DNA of 64,000 nucleotides, from assembly GCA_041483195.1 (NCBI GenBank), contig JBGPFC010000008.1, positions 44,977-108,976 on the forward strand. The letters are read 5' to 3'. Of the stretch, positions 59,979-64,000 are shown piece after piece (the stretch's first letter is position 1; each line of letters begins with the position of its first letter). Source of the stretch: Candidatus Eiseniibacteriota bacterium. Its GTDB lineage: Bacteria > Eisenbacteria > RBG-16-71-46. A program made the translations under genes and the position numbers. The notes beneath the pieces are model-generated. The model made no database searches, was not told the origin of the DNA, and saw only the letters and a program-made list of their open reading frames with translations.

Positions 59979-61001
59979 ATGCTGAGACTCGCGCTGCTCG
60001 CCGTCCTGGTGGTGGTGTCGTCGCCTCCCGCGCGGGGCGCGGCCGCCCCGGATTCCACTTCGGCGGTCGCAGAGCTCGGGCGCGAGGCCGTGGCCCTGCG
60101 GCCGCTCGCGAAGTCGCGGCTCGTGAGACGGTTTCTCGCGGCGAGCGCCGGACTCCCGTCGATCGCACCGCGCACGCTCACCTACGATTCTTCGCGCACG
60201 CGCTACTACAACGAAAGCGAGGCGACCGCTCTGCCCGACACGGCGCGCGCGCACATGCTCCAGCGCACGCTGGATGAGAGCTTCTACTACACCACGCGCT
60301 ACGGCTCGCCGCTCGCGTACTCGCGCGCGCTCGAGTTGCTCGCGGCGCATGGGCTCGCCGACATCGGGGGCCGGCGCATCGCCGACTTCGGCTATGGCAC
60401 GGTGGGGCATCTGCGCCTGCTCGCGAGCCTCGGGGCGGACGTGCACGGGATCGAGGTGGACCCGCTGCTGCGGGCACTCTATTCCTACCCGGGCGACCAG
60501 GGCGCGATCGAAGGCGCGGGCGGCAGGCGCGGAACGCTCACGCTCCACTCCGGCCGCTTCCCGGCCGAGCCCGAGATCACGGAGGCGGTCGGCGGCGGGT
60601 ACGACCTGTTCCTCTCGAAGAACACGCTCAAGAACGGGTACCTTCATCCCGCCCGGCCCGTGACCCCCCGCATGCGGGTTCAGCTCGGCGTCGACGACAC
60701 GTCGTTCGTCCGCCACCTCGCCGGCATGCTCCGGCCGGGCGGGCTCGTCATGATCTACAACCTGTGCCCGGCTCCCGCGCCGCCCGACCAGCCGTACATT
60801 CCATGGGCCGATGGCCGATGTCCGTTCGCACGCGCGCTGTGGGAGAGCGCGGGCTTCGTGGTGCTGGAGTTCGACCGCGACGATTCCCCCGCGGCGCGCG
60901 CGATGGGGCATGCGCTGGGCTGGGATCGAGGCGAGAATCCCATGGACGTCGAGCACGACCTGTTCGCCACCTGGACGCTGGTGCGGAAGAGAGGCGGGTG
61001 A
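59979..61001 (+). CDS. Exported protein with a class I SAM-methyltransferase-like fold
   Basis: Signal peptide MLRLALLAVLVVV; motif I-like IADFGYGTVG; LRPGGLVMIY. Confidence 0.7.
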   Translation: MLRLALLAVLVVVSSPPARGAAAPDSTSAVAELGREAVALRPLAKSRLVRRFLAASAGLPSIAPRTLTYDSSRTRYYNESEATALPDTARAHMLQRTLDESFYYTTRYGSPLAYSRALELLAAHGLADIGGRRIADFGYGTVGHLRLLASLGADVHGIEVDPLLRALYSYPGDQGAIEGAGGRRGTLTLHSGRFPAEPEITEAVGGGYDLFLSKNTLKNGYLHPARPVTPRMRVQLGVDDTSFVRHLAGMLRPGGLVMIYNLCPAPAPPDQPYIPWADGRCPFARALWESAGFVVLEFDRDDSPAARAMGHALGWDRGENPMDVEHDLFATWTLVRKRGG

Positions 61002-61413
61002 CGCTCTTCCGGTGATCGCGTCGGCCGCCGAGCGCTGCGGACCCGATGCGTTCACAGGGGCCGAACCCGGTGGCCGGCACAATCGCGCGCGGCTCGGGTT
61101 CAGGGTCGCCACACAAAGTTTATCAGCGCCGAAACCCGCCACGCTTCGATTCAGAGTGCCTCGAGATCACGGCGCGCTCGTCCAAAATCAGCGATGCGGG
61201 GCACTCGCTTCCGAATTTGTCCTTCCCTTCGGCGGCTCGCGCCCCGTACCCTGATGTCAGAATATTGCGAGATGCGGTTTTCGTCGTCTCCGCCGCGGGC
61301 CCGGAGCGACGATGTGGTGCTGCCCTCCCAACCACATGAGTTTAGGAGTCCGTGCACGGAGCCACCCCAGGCTCATGCATGTCATTCGCGGTTCACCACA
61401 GCCGGAGGAAAGT

Positions 61414-64000
61414 ATGACACCCAGGACACTGCGGCGCACCTCGCTCACTGTTGCGCTGGTGGCGGCCATGGTCGCGCTGGTCGCGACGTACGCCCCCCGT
61501 TCCGCCACGGCGCAAGACACCGGCCCCATCTACCTCAGGGGAAACCAGGCTGTTCAGGACGATCGCATTCAGCTGCTCCGCGAGGAGTTCCGTGAGCGGC
61601 AGAAGGAAATCCGCGAGCAGACCGAGCGCGCGAAGCACGCGAAGCATGCAAAGCAGGCGCACGGACGGAAGGCCGAACAGTCCACCACGAACGATGACTA
61701 CGCCGGCCGCAGCGCATCGCTGGCGCGTTCCGCTTCGCCATTCGGCATCGATCGCATTCTTGTCGCCCCGACAAACGTCAAGGCCAACGACAAGACCGGC
61801 GATGCTGTCGGCGCCGGACAGGCGGAGCAGAGCAGCGCGTTCCTCGGCCTCAACGGCCTGTGCGCGTGGAATGACGGCCAGGGTTTCAACCTGACCCCGC
61901 AGGACGTGCAGGGCTACGGCTGGTCGAACGACGGCGGTGCGACCTGGACCGACGGCGGCATTCCGCTCAAGAGCGGCACCATCGCGACCTGGTCGAGCGA
62001 TCCGTCCGTCACGGTCAACGAAAAGACCGGCGACTTCTACTACACAGGGCTCACCACGAACACGGGCACCAACAACAACGGCGTCGCGGTGGCGCGTGGC
62101 CATTTCACCGCCGGCGTGTTCGGGTGGGACGCGACGACGCAGGTGGCCGCCGGCCCCGGCGCCAGCCAGGGATTCGACAAGGAGTGGATGTGCGCCGATT
62201 CGTCCAACGGCAACCTCTACGTCACCTGGACGCTGTTCGTCCCCGGTGCTGACAACATTTTCTTCTCGCGCTCCACGAACAACGGCGCCACCTGGAGCGC
62301 TCCGCTCCAGATCAACGGCACGTGGGAAAGCGGCCTGGTATCCGGCTCGCGCCCGATGGTGGGACCGAACGGTGAGGTCTACGTCCAGTACACCGCGATC
62401 GGCCCGGTGGATGCCGACTCGGTCAAGATCGCCAAGTCCACGAACGGCGGCGCCAGCTTCTCGCCGGCGGTGGTGGCCATGACCGAGTACGACAACTACT
62501 TCACCGGCGGGCCGGGATTCAATCGCCCGCGCGCGGTCACGTTCGCGTCCGGGGCCGTGGATCGCAGCACGGGCCCGAATCGCGGCCGCGTGTACATGAC
62601 GATCCAGGACTGCGTGAACTTCTACGGCGATGGATTCTTCATCAACAGCGGCAGGAGCGAGGTCGAGGTCAACAACGGGTTTGCCAACGCGACACCGTTC
62701 ACGATCGGTCAGACGCTGCGTGGCTCGCTGACCCTTGTGACGGACCAGGACTGGTTCAGTTTCCCCGCGACGATGGGGACGACTTACCTCTTCTACGTAG
62801 ACTCGCTCCGGACCACAAGCCTCAGATACCAGATGCGTCTCTACTGCCCGAACGACACGACGATTCTGTCACGCCTCGCATCCAGTGGCGCCCAGGCCAC
62901 CACTAGCGCGCAGAATTCGCACTCCCTGATCGTGTGGACCGCCCCGACCACGAATACCTATTACCTGCGCATGATCCCGTTGACGGTGAGTGCCGTCAAC
63001 GGCGGCTACCGCATCCTGACCGGCACGCATGCGCCGAGCGGGTCGGACGTCGCCCGCGACACGCGCGACGTCATGATGTCGTCTTCGGCCAACGGCGTGA
63101 CGGGGTGGAGCCCCCGGGTGCGCGTGAACGACGATCTGGCGCTGTACGACAACTGGCTGCCCGAGGTGGCGGTCCCGTGCGACGGCAAGCCATACATCAT
63201 GTGGTTCGACTGGCGGGACACGCCGGCCTCATGCTTCGGCGGTACCAATATCTACCTCTCGCGCTCGACCGACGCCGGCGCAACTTGGGCGGCGAATCAG
63301 ACGGCCACCACTGCGACCACCGCCAACTGGACGCAGGTGGCCAGCAACATCGCGCCGAACCAGGGCGACTACAACGGCATGTACGGCGGCGACTGCGTCG
63401 CCCTCTCCATGGCCGACGGCCGCCTCGGCGACGCCGACGTGTTCACCGCCCGGATCACCACCGGGTTCACGCTGAGCGGCTGCCCCGGCGATCAGGTGGT
63501 GGTCGCGTCAACGACCTTCAGCGGCGGCGTTACCGTGAACAACCTGAACCAGATGTTCGGCAACACCTACACGTACACGGTGTCGGTGGATCGCAACTGG
63601 CCCGGCTTCCCGGCGACGAGCAACGTCTCCACGGGAGCGCTCGGATCCGGCGCGATTCCCATCTCCATCCCGGTTCCGGACTCCGCGGCGCACCTCGAAG
63701 TCGTGAGGGTGTGCGTCACGGTCTCGCAGGATGGCGCGTGCGTGTCGCAGTGCTGCTTCAACCTCACGGTGACCAACCCGACCACCGGAGCGCTGGCGTC
63801 GCTCGCAAGCTCGAGCGCCGAACCCGGCCACGTGAGCCTGAGGTGGTTCGTGCAGGGCTCTTCGGCGGTGAAGGTGTACCGCACCGAGGACGGCGCGGGC
63901 TGGACTTCGCTGGGCATGGTCTTGCCGAGCGCAGGCTACGTGAACTTCGAGGACACGAACGTCCGCGCGGGGATTCGGTACGGGTATCGCCTCGGCATTC
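61414..64000 (+). CDS. Large secreted BNR/Asp-box beta-propeller protein with PPC-like insert and Ig-like domains (runs off the window end; probable T9SS-like cargo)
   Basis: Absent from the ORF track because there is no stop in the window. ATG 61414 with GGAGGA; signal peptide ...RSATA-Q; Asp boxes SNDGGATW, STNNGATW, STNGGASF, STDAGATW; EVEVNN...DQDWFSF; terminal VSLRW...VYR...FED...YGYRL domain. Confidence 0.88.
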   Translation, partial: MTPRTLRRTSLTVALVAAMVALVATYAPRSATAQDTGPIYLRGNQAVQDDRIQLLREEFRERQKEIREQTERAKHAKHAKQAHGRKAEQSTTNDDYAGRSASLARSASPFGIDRILVAPTNVKANDKTGDAVGAGQAEQSSAFLGLNGLCAWNDGQGFNLTPQDVQGYGWSNDGGATWTDGGIPLKSGTIATWSSDPSVTVNEKTGDFYYTGLTTNTGTNNNGVAVARGHFTAGVFGWDATTQVAAGPGASQGFDKEWMCADSSNGNLYVTWTLFVPGADNIFFSRSTNNGATWSAPLQINGTWESGLVSGSRPMVGPNGEVYVQYTAIGPVDADSVKIAKSTNGGASFSPAVVAMTEYDNYFTGGPGFNRPRAVTFASGAVDRSTGPNRGRVYMTIQDCVNFYGDGFFINSGRSEVEVNNGFANATPFTIGQTLRGSLTLVTDQDWFSFPATMGTTYLFYVDSLRTTSLRYQMRLYCPNDTTILSRLASSGAQATTSAQNSHSLIVWTAPTTNTYYLRMIPLTVSAVNGGYRILTGTHAPSGSDVARDTRDVMMSSSANGVTGWSPRVRVNDDLALYDNWLPEVAVPCDGKPYIMWFDWRDTPASCFGGTNIYLSRSTDAGATWAANQTATTATTANWTQVASNIAPNQGDYNGMYGGDCVALSMADGRLGDADVFTARITTGFTLSGCPGDQVVVASTTFSGGVTVNNLNQMFGNTYTYTVSVDRNWPGFPATSNVSTGALGSGAIPISIPVPDSAAHLEVVRVCVTVSQDGACVSQCCFNLTVTNPTTGALASLASSSAEPGHVSLRWFVQGSSAVKVYRTEDGAGWTSLGMVLPSAGYVNFEDTNVRAGIRYGYRLGI

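Overview
GC-rich bacterial chromosome segment, most likely from an FCB-superphylum lineage such as Candidatus Eisenbacteria. This is an inference from the full-length SprA homologue, the long LptF, the large lipoproteins and the BNR/Ig-domain secreted protein. Most of the window is housekeeping: the rimP-nusA-infB-DUF503-rbfA-truB-ribF operon, lptF/lptG, aroB-aroQ-accB-pilT-accC-comB, a TPR-ECF sigma-anti-sigma-HtrA-like module, yceD-rpmF-plsX-fabH-fabD-fabG-acpP-fabF-rnc, aldehyde dehydrogenase-sucC-sucD-ndk, rfaE1/rfaE2, comM and several signal-transduction genes. No tRNA, rRNA, CRISPR array or transposase was recognised. The strongest observations are these. (1) An unannotated sRNA candidate of about 220 nt with a sigma54 promoter and its own terminator lies directly downstream of an NtrC-family activator, the same layout as CrcZ or Pxr. 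(2) A SprA (type IX secretion translocon) gene is coupled to a glutaminyl-cyclase-like M28 lipoprotein; several exported proteins have Gln at +1, and a probable cargo sits at the window end. (3) The RNase III has RNase E-like disordered Arg-rich and acidic extensions, an amphipathic N-terminal helix and no obvious start codon. (4) The HtrA-like protein has a degenerate catalytic triad. (5) A low-GC cassette carries DUF6338 plus a small GYQP peptide. (6) An unannotated Cys-rich micropeptide precedes a URO-D-like gene and two redoxins that lack the catalytic Cys. (7) Paired sigma28-like promoters and widespread leaderless-type promoters are present.
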